The notes: generated by a model from the letters alone, not told the origin. DNA of 64,000 nt from Eledone cirrhosa (GCA_964016885.1 OZ024742.1:121086001-121150000), one strand, 5' to 3'; counted from the first letter of the stretch, positions 25,691 to 40,405 are shown. Translations and numbers: made by a program.

Positions 25691-26833
25691 GTAAATCACT
25701 TACTTCCTCTGTATTACTGATCAACAGCTGTATCTTTTTATTTACTTATTGTCACTGATTACATTTTATATCCCAACTATAAATGAAAAGAAGCTTATCT
25801 TGGGGCCCACAAAGCTTTAACTCTTTTCATTACCAGCTGCAAACTCCACCAATGCCTTCCAAGCAAGTACGCCAAGCACCTTTGTGTTGTAATGAAATAG
25901 TGCTGGTGTTATGACTTAAAGGAGCCTGTAAGGCGTTAGTGCTGGTGCCACAATGATAAGCACCCAGTCAACCTTGTACTGAAGTAATGCTGGTGCCACA
26001 CATAAAGGACCCAGTACACCTTGTAAGATTGTAGTGCCGGAGTCACGATAAAATGCTCCCAGTGCATGGTGTAAAGTGGTTAGCATTAAGAAAGCCAAAA
26101 CAAAGCGTACGGTTTGGACTCAGCACGTGAGAACTGTATAACCCATGCACGCATGGAAAATACATGTATATTCATTTTTCTAGTAAGTAGGGAAGACAAC
26201 CTTTGACAAGTTTATGATATATTCTTAAATAATTTTATCAAAGTGGAAGCAAACAAATTAAGTAGATATACAAACATGTATATTTTTGGCATATAAAATA
26301 GAATTGTCTTCCTTCAGCAGCCAAACTTCCTCAAACCCAGCTCTGATGTTGACAAATGAAGGACGCAATTGTTACAGCTGGAATTCTTTACATCCTCAAT
26401 CATTTTAAAACAACTAATTGCAATTTTTATTAATAATAATATTTTTAATTCTCTTTTAATATATATATATTTAAAATAACTATATAATAATCACAATGTA
26501 CCAAGAAACACACCTATATTAAACATTAATTTCTTATTTTAAAAATAAAAATTAAGAGTTTTTAGCTGGAGGTTACCTCATTGACTCGTCTGGCTTTGAT
26601 TGTCTTTAACAGAATCCACTCTGTTGCAAACATTCAGACCATGTCTCCTGTTTGATGGTAATTTATTATGTTGCTTCTTACAGCAGTAACTCATGAGCTG
26701 AGGTTTATTCCTCACAGCTATCTCTCTAGTCTCTGAAACCATATAGAAAACAGTCATAAGCACTCATTAAACCATGAATAAATTTTATCTTTTTGCTAAA
26801 ATGTTAATTATATAATCTTATAAATTCTTTCAG

Positions 26834-27043
26834 ATTATGATAAAAAGAATTGAAGAAGAATCTAAGAAGAAAGACATGAAGACAATTATGGAACTAGATC
26901 AGAAAGTAATGGACCAGCAAGTTACTCTGGAAAAAGCAGGTGTACCAGGTTTCTTTGTTACAAACAATCCTGCTGAAATTCGGCTACAAATCTACCTCTT
27001 AGAATTTATTGTGCGACTTCGAAACACTGAGTTACCGACGTGA
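26834..27043 (+). CDS. DGCR6: DGCR6-family protein, last coding exon (IMIKRIEEE...[33 protein letters not shown]...ELPT*)
   Basis: ELDxKVxDQQxTLEKAGVxGFxVTxNP is the conserved DGCR6 C-terminal motif. Acceptor ttctttcAG at 26832-33. The four exons total 582 nt, i.e. 193 aa plus stop. Confidence 0.95.
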   Translation: MMIKRIEEESKKKDMKTIMELDQKVMDQQVTLEKAGVPGFFVTNNPAEIRLQIYLLEFIVRLRNTELPT

Positions 27044-27658
27044 ATGTTAGAATTGTTAGTTAAGGACTAAAATAACACTATTGAAAAGCTAAATGATTAT
27101 TCAATAGAAAGGTTAATATTATCTTGGACTATTTCACCAACCAAAATGTTTATTCTCATAGCTTTTTGTTTTTTACAGAGAATTATTTAAAAACCACTTT
27201 CAAGACATGTTCTTCTATTTTCACATGAATCTCTTGATAATTTTTTTTTTTTATCTTGGTAAATTTGATGTTGATTTATCTTTCAAATAGCAGATAAAAA
27301 TCAATTGGTTGAAGTTGGCAAGAGAAAAACTATGGAAAATACTCTTTCACATTTCATCACCATATCATTAAAAAGTATCAAAAACACATTACAAAAAGTA
27401 ATTTTCATTTTAAATCATTTATTCTTATTGTATATTTTTTTAATCTGCAATTTTTCTATAAGTTATTGGATGTATTGACTAGAGTGACTTGCCTTGCTTT
27501 CTCCTAGCTTAATAAGAATATGGGAGCTCAACAAGCAGGCAAATGAAACATTCCTCCATTATCAGAAGTTTTGTTTCTTAGAACAATGAACTATTCTATA
27601 TTCTGTGGTGCCTATTTATAACTAAGTGGACTGGTCCATTAAGAGACGTTTTCTCTTA

Positions 27659-27758
27659 AATAAAACACTTGATATCAATTCCAAATTTGTCTTAGTTATC
27701 TTCAAAGGTACAGCTTGCTATATACTCTGTTGCTGATTTAACTTCAGAATTAAATAAA
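27659..27758 (+). terminator. Candidate polyadenylation signals for DGCR6 (AATAAA at 27659 and 27753)
   Basis: Hexamers 0.6-0.7 kb after the stop codon, shortly before repeats resume. The AT-rich background lowers specificity. Confidence 0.35.
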
Positions 27759-28704
27759 AAATCTGTGGAATACTTGGCCACAGGGCATTTAATGATTTGA
27801 GCAAAAATGTTTTTAATTCAAAGCTACTGTGCTGCAAAATGTTGATGTATGTACCGATACAGTGACTACGTGGCCACACACCTGCACAGCTTGTAGGGAA
27901 TGTTGTTTGTCATTAAATATTGGTTTATCCCTAAACTTGGCTTTTATTTTGTTAATACGCCAAAACTACACCTGATGTACCTCTTCCAAACACATGCACA
28001 CACGTGTATATCATGACTCATGCACTGTTCATTTTCCTGACGTTTGTACATTACCCTATGTACTATACATACACTTTTTGATGAGTTGTAGTGCACCTGA
28101 GCACTACACAATATTTCATTATTATTTAAAGTTGAAGGAAAATAATTGAACCAGAGTTGTTTCCCCTTTTCATTAATGAGTGAAATGGTTGCTAAGTTAA
28201 AGGAAAATAATCGAACCATAGATTTGTTTCCCCTCTTCATTAATGAGTGAAATAATTCTGAGTTCAAATCCCGCCGAGGTTAACTTTGCCTTTCATCCTT
28301 ACGGGGTCGATAAAATAAAGTACCAGTAATGTACTGGGTAATTTCTGGCCTTGTGCCAATAGTAGAAACAATTAATGAGTGAAATAATAATTTCTTATTT
28401 AGGTACAAAGCCAACGATTGGTGTAGGGGGACGAAAGTCTATTATATCGACTCCAGTACTTGACTGGTACTTTATTTTATCGACCTCAGAAGGATGAACG
28501 GCAAAATTGACTTTAGAAGGACTTGAACTAACAAATACCACAATGGCATTTTATCCGACACTCTTACCAATTCTGCCAATCCACCACCCGACGAGTAATA
28601 ATTGTTGTTTAGACCCAGGTCAACTCTGTTTGACCAGGACTACGATCAAAGGCATTCCAACCGTGACAGTAACACATTTTCTAATCATAGTGTAACTTCC
28701 TTTT

Positions 28705-28933
28705 TTAACCCTTTAGCATTTACATTACTCTATATTTACTATTATATTTTCATGATAAAGGATTTACCTTACATAATTATATAACATAATATTGAATCTA
28801 TGAGATTTTGATATTATTTATTTTGAGAACAATACCTTAATATCAATATGAGTGGTCAGTTATGGTCGGTTTGAACAGAAAGAGGTGAGAGAATTTTGGC
28901 TGGATATGGCTGGTTTAAATATTAAAGGGTTAA
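28705..28933. mobile_element. piggyBac-like MITE, same family as 236-462, opposite orientation
   Basis: TTAACCCTTTA...TAAAGGGTTAA termini and shared internal sequence. Confidence 0.85.
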
Positions 28934-31269
28934 AGATATTAAGGTAATTTGAGGAAGATTTGATTGCTGTTTCTAGTAGTTTGAGGGACTAAGTTTGACT
29001 TCAAAAGGTTGACATTGCTGTTTAGTTTTCTAGGGCTTGATAAATTAAGTAGCAATAACACTTGGTTGATTCAACTTCTTCCCTACAAATTTCAAAGGCA
29101 AAAATCATTATTAGTTTAACTCATTCAATACCCAAATTGCCTGAAACTGGTCCTGTTGCTACAATACGAAATTATTGTTTATAGAATATTCATATTTAAA
29201 TTAAAACCTACCATATTTTTATGGAAGAACCTTTTGTTAAGTTACTTTCCAAACATCAGCTTAATAGTGGAGAATTTAGGTATTTTGTTAAACCTCTTCA
29301 AAATCTTTGAAAGGGAGCATAATGAAAGCAATGTATTTTATTAGAAATATGGTTACAAAAGGGTTAAACAATATGTAGAGTAATTTAGTGACAAAAACTG
29401 TTGTTAGAGTTCAGATAAAATACCTTTACTTAACTCTGTATATTCTAAGTTTAGCTGCCACCTGTATCAACTTTGACTTTCATCTCTCTAAAGTTAATAA
29501 ATAAATCCTAATACTGGGTCAGCTCAATTGACTAAACTTAAAACACAAAGTTGATCGTTTAATTATGTTACTAATCATTATTTTTACTCTTTGATACCAA
29601 ACCACCAGAAACACCCCTGATTCTATGATACAAAACTTTTTTTAAATGTTCATCATCATAACACACGTGAGCATGCCTACAAAATCAGAAAACAGCACAG
29701 CTCCCATGACTTTCGGAAACATTTTTTCATGCTCAGAGTTGCTGAAGCATGGAACGAACTACCTGCATCAGTTGTTAGCTCCTGAAACACTGCTTCCTTT
29801 AAAACCTCCATGCTTCCTGAAATTCGCCAACACTACACCTGATACCCCTCTCCATACACACGCACATGTATTTCATGACTCGCACACTGTTCACTATCCT
29901 GACATTTGTACATTTTTCTATGTACTATACATGCACCTTTGATGAGTTGCAGTGCACCTGAGCACTGTACACAATAATTTCATTATCATTATTATTATCA
30001 TCATAATTATTTTTACTTCAGCTTTTCCATGCTTACTTGAATTGGATTGATCTTTGCCAGCATAGTATCCCTCCACTTGCCATAGTCATCCATGCTTTGT
30101 CGTACACACATATTAACATTACACATCCATCCAAGCTTGCTGGCTTCATTTCTTTCCAGCTTTTGCATATCCTCTACATTCACTGCCCATGCCACACAAC
30201 CATGCAGTATTGCACATCAAACAGAGGCATCATTCAACCAGTCTTTCATTCATCGAGAGTAATCTTTTGTTGTCAACAGAAGTAGTAGCTCTCTGAACAT
30301 ATACTTATTTTAAACCTTCCATCATTATTTAATATAAAAGGACGGTGGATTGGCAGTATCGGTAGAGGGTCGGACGCCATGCTTTCCAGCATAGTTACGT
30401 CCCTTTGCGGTCTGAGTTCAAATCCCGCCGAGGTTAACTTTGCCTTTCATCCTTACGGGGTTGATAAAATAAAGTACCAGTAATGCACTGGGATAATTGC
30501 TGGCCTTGTGCCAAAAGTAGAAACAATTATTTAATATAAAACCTTTGTTTTTGATTATTTTCAAAATGTTTGGAAAATCATAGGTAGTATCTTTCATTGG
30601 AAACAGTAATGAAAGGGTTAAACATGACATTACTTTGTTATAGCCTTCCTTATTCCTTATTCTGAATCCAATCCTCGATATTTGATCAAATATGTTATAA
30701 GCATTTATTGGATTCAATTGACTATACTCACCTCTTATTGATTTTTGGTTTTGTACCAATGTGAAAATCATTATTTTAAACAATAACCATTTTATTATGA
30801 GGCTGGTGTGCTGTTTATTGAAACACGGAGGCTGTTAAACAGCATCTTGGCTAATTTGGTGTGGCTGTTGTTAATTAAAGATTATTTTAAGTGATTGAAA
30901 TATATGAATACTTAATGGAATTATATAAGTGAAATACTAAACTCACTCCTGATCTGACCCAAAAGAAACCATATATTTTGATTTCTTTCTTACCAAAACT
31001 ACTTCTAATACAAGTGCCCTCCCACCCAGCCCCATATCCAGCACCTTCTGGTTTGTTGTTTGGCAGACGTGGCTTTGTCTCCCCCCCCCCCCTATGTTAC
31101 TTCTCACAATTACCTTTTTACATATGTCATATGTATATACATCTATTGTAATGCATGTGTATATATTGTATCTAGGCATATATGCATGCATATTATATAT
31201 TGCATATTATGTGTGTGTGTATATATGTGCTATGTTATATATGTATATATCGTGTTTTATCTCTATATG

Positions 31270-33205
31270 TGTCATCATCATCATCATCATCACCGTTTTA
31301 TGTCCGTTCTTCCACGCTAGCATGGGTTAGCTGGGTTGTCCAGTTGGTTGACCTTGTCTTGCTCATACGGGAACTGATTCTGGCTTGATATCTACAGCTT
31401 GATGCCCTTCCTAACACCAACCTCATTTACAGTGAGTGCTGGGTGCTTTTTTTCCATGGCGCCTACATGTCCACTTTACAGTGTGGGCTGGTGCTTTTTT
31501 GCCGTGGCACCTCCATGACCACTTTGCAGTGGGAGGGGGTGGGGGCATATTGTCTATATGCTTCAGCTTCAGCTTGTTCCTGTGGGAAGTTGGGTTTTCT
31601 GTATTACTGCGTGGCGCCAGAGGTCACGGTCATGTGTCATTGCCCTTGAGAGGTGCAATTGGGTAAGGTCGGCTTTTATCACCTCATCCCAGGTCTTCTT
31701 GGGTCTCCCCACTCCACGGCTTCCATCGACTTCTAGTGCTCTGCACCTTTTTATGCCGTTGTCATTCTTCATATGCATCACATGTCCATACCAATGCAAC
31801 CGCCACTCCTGCGTACAGCATTTGATTCCTCTTATGCTCAGTCTCTCTCTCAGTTTGTCTATGCTTTGCCGTTTTCGTATATTACTATTACACATCCATC
31901 AGAGCATGCAAGCTTTGTTTCTTTCTAATCTGCACATGTCTTCTACAGACAGCGCCTAGGTCTCACTACCATGTAACATTGCTGTTCGTATACACATATC
32001 ATACAGTCTGCCTTTCATTTTGAGGGAAAAGCCTTTTGCAGCTAGCAGTGGCAGTAGCTCCCTGAACTTTTTCCATCCCGTTCTTACTCTAGTTATTGTA
32101 CTTCCCGAACACCCGCCTCCACTGCTAATTTGGTCACCTAGGTAGCAGAAGCTGTCTACTGTTTCTACAGAGCCCTCCCACAGTTTGGTGGTGCTTGTTT
32201 CCTGTGGCCTGGCCGTTTGCTGCTTGCTGTCCCAGCGTAGCTGCTACATATGAAGCCTACATTCTTAGTTAAGCTTCTTGATATCCCACTACATCTCTTG
32301 AGTACCCATTGTTTGCATTTGGGGCAGAGGATGGAGTTCAGGCTATTTCCCTGAGGGGATCTGGGTTCTGTTTTCTCGTCTACTTACAAGAACCTCAGAC
32401 TTTGAGACCCTTTCATTCTAGTCCCTGCTTCCATGTTTGGAATTTCTTCTCTAGTTCCACCATAGATTCAGCTATAAGTGTGAGATCATTCACATATAGG
32501 AGTTCCCATGAGCATCAAGTCTTAAACTCCTCCGTTATTGCCTGCAAAACTATAATGAACAGAAGAGGGCTAAGAACAGAGCCCTGGTGGACACCGACCT
32601 GTATGCTAAATTCTTCGCTATACTCATTGCTAATCCTAACTTTGCTGACTGCTCCCCTATACATGGCTTGTCCAGCTTTCACAAGCCATTCATCTACTCC
32701 TAGTTTTCTAAGAGCCAACCAGATTATAGCACGGGGGACTCTGTCGAAGGCTTTTCCCAGATTGACGAATGCCAGGTAGAGCAGCTTACTTTTAGCTAGG
32801 TACTTTTCCTGTAACTGCCTCACAAGGAAGAGAGCATCAGTGGTGCTTATTCCTGGTACAAACCCCAATTGCATCTGATCTAGTTTCACCCAGTCCCTAA
32901 TCAACTGTGCTATAACTCTTTCCGTTACTTTCATGACCTAGTCTATCAGCTTTATACCTCTATAGTTTCCTCTATCTAGTGCATCACCTTTACCTTTGTA
33001 ACAGTTGACAATGATGCTGCTGCACCAATCCTTTGGTATGATACTCTCTAGTATTACCTTGTTAACAGTTCGTGTGGTTATGGTGTGACTTACCGACCCA
33101 GATGCCTTCAGCATCTCGGCAGCTATACCCGATGGACCGGTTGCCTTCCCTGTCTTCATATCTTTGATTGCCTTATTTACTACACTGCTGCTGACTTGTA
33201 CTGCT
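31270..33205 (-). mobile_element. 5'-truncated RTE LINE, same subfamily as 15095-17090
   Basis: ORFs 32938-33159, 32515-32934 and 31569-31895 carry RT motifs; 3' UTR and (CAT)n tail at about 31273. Confidence 0.93.
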
Positions 33206-34952
33206 GTGTGTTAATATATATTATATATGTATTGTATGTTACATATATGTATATGTGGTAAAGACATTGTATATACACCCAGCCAAAACATCCCTATGAG
33301 TATGGTAAGGTGCAACCCAATTCCACAACGGTGCAACCCAATTCCACTCTGTAAACGCAGTTGGCGATAGAAAGGACACCCAGCAGCCGCAAAACCCAGC
33401 CTAAACATGGCCCCACTATGAGCAAGGAATGGCATGACCAACTGACCAGACCCCTATCATAATAGCTCCCAAAATACAGTTCTGAGGTGAGCAGGTATTG
33501 TGCGGCCAACTGGCCAGACCCTCCTCATAGTGGTGCTACCCAGTTCCACACTGTAAATGGGGTTGGTGTTAGGAACTTCATCCAGCAGCCATAAATACCA
33601 AGTTAACACACAACCCCTATATGTACAAGGTACGATACAACTAAAGAACCTACTCATGAAATTAATGTACAAGTGGCTGAGCATTCCCCAGAGATATTTC
33701 AGTGTGACAATGCTTGCCCTTTGAATTATAGTTACAACTTATTTTTCTAGCTAAGTCAACTGTAGAAATGTAAAATAAAGTACCTTGCACAATGACAACT
33801 TACTGACCAATCTGAGAATTGAACTCATGACTTTATATAATAATAATAATAACGAAAATTATTGTGTACAGTGCTCAGGTGTACTGCAACTCATCAAAAG
33901 TGCATGTATAGTACATAGAATAATATACAAATGACAGAAAAGTGAACAGTGTATGAGTCATGATATACACACAGATACATGCATGCATATCTATGGCGGG
34001 AGAATATCAGGTGTAGTGTTGGTGAATTTCGGGATTATTATCCATTATGCCCAATACCTTAAATACTCGGCCACATACCTTCACAAGTATAAAACTAGAA
34101 AAAAAAAAGAAGAAAAAACCCTTAATGCCATGAGAAAGATAAAGTTGTTTACAAAGAAGATCAAGCCTACTAGCCCCAAAATAAACAAGATAGCCTCTGT
34201 GTGGTCACTTGACCTATTAAAAATAACATCTTGAAAAAAAAAAAGAAAAAAAAACATATTGGATAATATGGTCTGAGATAAACTCTGGGGAGGGGAAATA
34301 TTCATAGCTAGAACTCTTTTGGGGTTTAGAGAATGACAACAGCACATTTAGTGTAATGGCCTTGAACAAATACTCCTTCATAACTATGTCAAACTTCCTT
34401 ACCAGCAAAATGAAAGTAAACATTCTCTGCATATATGATAAACATCCATAAATGTTCCCTTAGTATATATATTTAAGGATTCTTTGCTTAAGATTAAGTC
34501 TATATCATTTCGATAGCAAATGAGAAACTAATGTTTGATTTAATTTGCTTTAACATTACTCTATATGTACTATTGTATTTTTGTGGTATAGGATTTATCT
34601 TACATAATTATCTCACATAATATCAAATCTATGAGATTTTGATGTTATTTATTTTGAGAACAAAACTTTAACATCAATATGCATGGCCGGTTACAGCTGG
34701 TTTGAACAGAAAAAGATGAGAGAATTCTGGCCAGATACAGCCAGTTTAAATGCTAAAGAGTTTCAACCTATCTCTTCAATGATGTGGCTATAATTTGATT
34801 GATAGGGAGGAAGGTAGATACATTGGGGAAGTAGAGGGGACATCTGTGAAGAAAGCAAGCAAGAACTAAGGATAGTGGGGGAAACTTGATGAAAAGAATT
34901 ACAATCAAATACATGACAAGAATGAAATGGAATTGTGACAGTCAGTGGGTCA

Positions 34953-35171
34953 TTAACCCTTTAGCATTTACATTACTCTATATTTACTATTGTATTTTCA
35001 TGGTAAAGGCTTTATCTCATATAATAATCTCACATAATATCAAATCTATGAGATTTTGATATTGTTTATTTAGAGAACAATACCTTAACATAAGTATGAG
35101 CAGCCGGTTTGAACAGAAAGAGGTGAGAGAATTCTGGCCGGATATGGCTGGTTTAAATACTAAAGAGTTAA
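34953..35171. mobile_element. piggyBac-like MITE, same family
   Basis: TTAACCCTTTAGCATTT...TAAAGAGTTAA. A second, older copy lies at about 34545-34765. Confidence 0.8.
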
Positions 35172-35457
35172 ATAGTATGATTTGACAACCAAGATATTTG
35201 TTTTAGATCTTTTTCTTTTGTATGAGTATCATCTCTTGAAGGAGAACTGCTGTGACCTATGTGTCTGTAGAAGGTATTTAATGATGTTCATGTTGGCTTT
35301 GGTGAGGCCATCAACATTTAGTTGCAGCATGGTGATGCCATCCAGTAAGACATTGCATGTGCTCCAGGTCAGTATCAAGCTGTGGTCATCAAGGATGCAT
35401 TACAAGACTGCATAAGTATACTGTTGATTTGCTGCTGCCATCTCAGGTTGCTGTTCG

Positions 35458-36471
35458 CCTAATCAGCAATCAGTTTCCAGAGCCCACCACAAGGAGGTCA
35501 AACTTGGGCCCTCTCATTACTATCATCACCTGATCAGATATCAGTTTCCAGCGCCCACCACAAGGAGGTCAACAAACTTGGGCCCTCTCATTACTATCAT
35601 CACCTGATCAGATATCAGTTTCCAGCGCCCACCACGAGAGGGTCAACAAACTTGGGCCCTCTCATTACTATCATCACCTGATCAGCAATCAGTTTCCAGA
35701 GCCCACCACAAGGAGGTCAAACTTGGGCCCTCTCATTACTATCATCACCTGATCAGATATCAGTTTCCAGCGCCCACCACGAGAGGGTCAACAAACTTGG
35801 GCCCTCTCATTACTATCATCACCTGATCAGATATCAGTTTCCAGCGCCCACCATGAGAAGGTCAACAAACTTGGGCCCTCTCATTACTATCATCACCTGA
35901 TCAGATATCAGTTTTCAGCGCCCACCACAAGGAGGTCAACAAACTTGGGCCCTCTCATTACTATCATCACCTGATCAGATATCAGTTTCCAGAGCCCACC
36001 ACGAGGAGGTCAACAAACTTGGGCCCTCTCATTACTATCATCACCTATTCAGAGATCAGTTTCCAGCGCCCACCACGAGGAGGTCAACAAACTTGGGCCT
36101 TCTCATTACTATCATCACCTATTCAGAGATCAGTTTCCAGCGCCCACCACGAGGAGGTCAACAAACTTGGGCCCTCTCATTACTATCATCACCTGATCAG
36201 AGATCAGTTTCCAGCGCCCACCACGAGGAGGTCAACAAACTTGGGCCCTCTCATTACTATCATCACCTGATCAGAGATCAGTTTCCAGCGCCCACCACGA
36301 GGAGGTCAACAAACTTGGGCCCTCTCATTACTATCATCACCTGATCAGAGATCAGTTTCCAGAGCCCACCACGAGGAGGTCAACAAACTTGGGCCCTCTC
36401 ATTACTATCATCACCTATTCAGAGATCAGTTTCCAGAGCCCACCATGAGAAGGTCAACAAACTTGGGCCCT
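35458..36471. repeat. 74-bp minisatellite, about 13.7 copies
   Basis: Unit cctgatcagagatcagtttccagcgcccaccacgaggaggtcaacaaacttgggccctctcattactatcatca. Units 1 and 4 are shorter variants. Confidence 0.97.
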
Positions 36472-37294
36472 AAAATACATAAATGTTAGAGATAAAATGA
36501 ATGTTAATGGATGCGGTGGTATTTACTTCTCTATTCTCTTATCTGGGTAATTAGTATTTTTTTATGGCTCTGGTAATTTGTTAATGTAGGTTCATCCCCA
36601 CTATCCAGTTTTTAGTCTGTATTTTTAGTTTGTTTTATTAAGACCTACTGAGATTTTCTTCATCATCTTCATCATCATTTAATGTCCATTTTCCATGCTT
36701 GCATGGGTTAGACAGGTTGTCTGCATTACGAGATAATCAGGTTCAGAAACTATATCTTGGTCATATAGATCTGTATTTTGGTTTGGTTTCTACGGCAAAA
36801 TGACCACATCATAGTGTGAACTGGGTACATTGTGTTGTATATATATATATGTGTGTGTGTGTGTAACTAAAATTGTCAATTACCTTAACTTGAACAATAC
36901 ACTCGGATTAAACCAATGTCAACCATGAATCCAAGCAAATGTAAACTATAGAAACTACATGACCCTTTAGCATTCACATTACTCTATATATACTATTGTA
37001 TTTTTGTAGTAAACACTTTATCTTACATAATTATCTCATATAATATCGAATCTATGAGATTTTGATATTATTTATTTTGAAAACAATACCTTAACATCAG
37101 TATAAGCGGCCAGTTTCAACTGGTTTGAACTGAAAGAGGTGAGACATTTCTGGCCGGATACAGCCAGATTCATGGGGAAATTTGTATTTTCTGGCATGTT
37201 TACATGTCTACAAATTAGATGTGTATATATCTATACATGTTGGTGCTATCTCAGTTACACACTGTATTTATACAGATATAACTTTATCATATAT

Positions 37295-37720
37295 ATATGC
37301 ATACGTGCAATGCTGCATGGTAGTGAAAGATGAGCTGTGACTGCAGAGGACATGCGTAAACAGGAGAGAAATGAAGTAAACATGCTTCATTGGATGTGCA
37401 ATGTAAGTGTGTGAGAAAGGCAGAGCTTGGACAAGTTGAGGGAATAGCTAGGTTTAAGAGGAATCCAAGATGGTGTGCAAGAGATGACTGCATTGGTACA
37501 GACATGTGATGTGCATGGATGATGATTGCTGGGAGAAGAAGTGCCAAGAAATCCCAGTTGAGGTAGACCAAGAAAAACCTGTTAGAGGTGGTAAGAACCT
37601 CAAATCGCTGAGACTCACAGAGGAGATGACGTAGGAACATGAGTGGAGAGATGCCGTGCTGAGAAGGACCCATCCAACCCATGCAAGCATGGAAAAACGG
37701 ACGTAATAACTATGATGATG
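37295..37720 (+). mobile_element. Degenerate RTE 3' fragment
   Basis: AMLHGSE... coding remnant and the conserved catgcaagcatggaaaaacggacgt tail. A similar minus-strand fragment lies at about 29990-30295. Confidence 0.75.
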
Positions 37721-38219
37721 ATTATAAGCCTGAATGTAAAACCACTGTAAGAGTTTTCAATTAAGAACACACTTGAATAGATTCTTCTTATCTTTTTTCT
37801 AGCTTTGTAAGAGATTTTGAAATTATAACTACAAGCTAATGAAACATTCACAAATTATACAGTGCTCCTACTACTTAACGTGGTGACATGTATCTACTCA
37901 AATGTACCTTATAGTTCTAAGTTTTAACTTTGCAGCCGGGTGAATTAGGTTAACATAAGCTCAGTATTTACACCCTGGTCACTGTACAGTGTTATTGGTG
38001 AGGAGGAGATATAAGCTATCGACCTTTAGGCTGGTAGTCTGAGTGACTACAAAGTCGTTAATCTGTAACTCTCTTCTTTCACATTATAAAGCTGTAAGTA
38101 GGGCTGGAAGAGAGAAGTTGTGGTGAAAAGGCTCATCACATACAATCTAATTAGCAATTGATGTAAATGTAAAGTGTTTTAACTTGTTTAAACACAGAAA
38201 CAAATTGAAAATTGATATC

Positions 38220-38392
38220 GATGGTGGTGTTGGTGGTGGTGGTGGCAGTGGAGGGGTGGCAGTGGCAGTGGCAGTGGCGGTGGCAGCAGCGGCGGCAGAT
38301 GTGGTGGTTGTGGTGATGGTGGCAGTGGCAATGGAGGTTGTGGTAGTGGTGGTGATCATGATGATGATGATGATGATGATGATTATGATAAT
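38220..38392. repeat. Compound (GGT)/(GGCAGT)/(GAT) simple repeat
   Basis: Direct reading of the sequence. Confidence 0.85.
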
Positions 38393-39095
38393 GTTGTATA
38401 AAGAAGCTTTTAAAAATGCTGTTTTGAATTGATTCTCTTCATAACAAAGAATGACTAAATAATCTTTTAATGACATTGCCAATGGTTTCATCAACAAGGA
38501 AACATATAAAGATGTTGAAAATATTAGCTAATTTCTAAAATAACAACATTTTTGAAGTGGAGATAAATGGACTGAAATCTTCCTTTGATTTGACCAGGTT
38601 CCCCACACCGAATTTTGACAAGAAGATTGGTGACCCCACAAGGTACTTCTGGCTGTACTCTGCCCATAAGTTATTATACTTATTATGAGGTCCTTTTTGA
38701 GCCAATGCTTTATAGCTGGATGCCCTTCCTGGTACTAACTCTTTTAGTAGCCTCTTACAACATGCAGAAATACAGAGTATTTATTCTAAACCAGATACAC
38801 ACATTTGTAGAAATATTCAGATGTTGTTTCTGCATGATGAATATAAGTCAATAGAGTGCTCAACCGAGGGAGCCAAATAGTTATAATAATAAATTTGAAG
38901 ACTAAAATCCAAAGAGGGCTCAATAAGGATAAATATATCAAATATATAAGAACCGTAGAGCAAATATTTATTAAAATAACAGATTAAAGTTTAAGCAAAG
39001 AATCACTGCTTTCACCCTTAACGGGATCTTCTGAAACTAACAAAGTCAATCTGTCAACGGGATGTCTTCAAATTTATAATTATTACTATATATAT

Positions 39096-39127
<32 letters not shown>

Positions 39128-39707
39128 ACAGTCGATTGACTTTCGTCAAATCGGAACGAGGAAACAATACTTCCATTAGTCTTTCCAACTGCTAATACCA
39201 TCTATTAGTCGCAACTCCAGGTAGAAGGAGCAACGTGAAATAAAGTGTCTTGATCAAGGACATAACGCATCAACCGGTCCGGGAATCGAACTCACAACTC
39301 ACAGTTGCGTATCCAATTCTCTAACCACTCAGCCATGCACCTTAAAAAAAAATATATATATATATAAATATTTAATATAGAAAAGGCTTCTACAGGACTA
39401 GAACTGTTTCATTCAGGAGAAATCATCAGGGCTTATATATATATATATATATATATAAATATATATAGTAATAATAATAAATATATATATATATATTAGA
39501 AAGTGAGGTTTTTTTTACAAAATGAAAAATAACCGAGGTGTCCTACACGAGTGAAAGTATAAAGAAAAAGAGATGAAATCGAAAATGCAACTGGAGTCTT
39601 ATTATTAAAAAAAATATATATATTTATTTGGTTCCTTTACCGGTTTCGCAGTTCTTCTGCTTTTCAAATGGTGAGTTGAGATGGAGGGTCTGTGGTTTTT
39701 CTCACAT

Positions 39708-39749
<42 letters not shown>

Positions 39750-40029
39750 CCCTGGTCACAGCATGTCGTGCTGTTTTAGCCATATGATAACGCCATCCCA
39801 CTGAAGAAAGAATGAGAAATAAAGTAGATTAAGGGGATGGGCGGGATGGAATTGGAAAAATAGTCTTTAGATAAAAATAACAGGTCCATTCATGTTGACA
39901 TCTCTTGCAAAACTGTTGGTGCTGGTGTTTTGTGTATGATTTGTTTTTTAGTAAAGTGGATGATGGCGCTCGTCTACCTGAAATGGAAAAAAAAAACGTT
40001 TTGTATAAAGAGCTATATATATATATATA

Positions 40030-40255
40030 TCGTCAGTCGATCGACTTTCGTCAAATTGGACCGAGGAAATAATGTTTCCATGGGTTTTTCCAATTGGTAA
40101 TACTATCTATTGGTCGCAACTCCAGGTAGAAGGAGCAACGTGAAATAAAGTGCCTTGCTCAAGAACACAATGCATCACCTGGTCCGGGAATCAAAATCAC
40201 AACCTCACAATTGCGAATCCAATCCTCTAACCACTCAGCCACGCATCTTCACCAT
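40030..40255 (-). mobile_element. tRNA-derived SINE with a distinct 3' tail (...ggtccaatttgacgaaagtcgatcgac) inserted in (TA)n; copies at 39130-39345 and (tail only) 48775-48845
   Basis: Head tggctgagtggttag...gtgattttgattcccggacc and the same cttgagcaaggcactttatttcac core as the 12597 SINE. All three copies are next to (TA)n. Confidence 0.75.
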
Positions 40256-40356
40256 ATATATATGTATGTATATACATACATATATATATATAATGTATGC
40301 ATATACATATATATATGTATGTATATACATACATATATATATATATATATAATGTA

Positions 40357-40405
<49 letters not shown>

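Noticed and set aside
35458-36471. CRISPR-like regular array, and ORFs 36019 and 36093
   Set aside because: Whole units repeat with no unique spacers, there are no cas genes and the context is eukaryotic. The ORFs are by-products of the repeat.
38147-38497. Low-complexity poly-T/A/P or poly-G/V/M ORFs
   Set aside because: Simple trinucleotide and hexanucleotide repeats with no splice or homology support.
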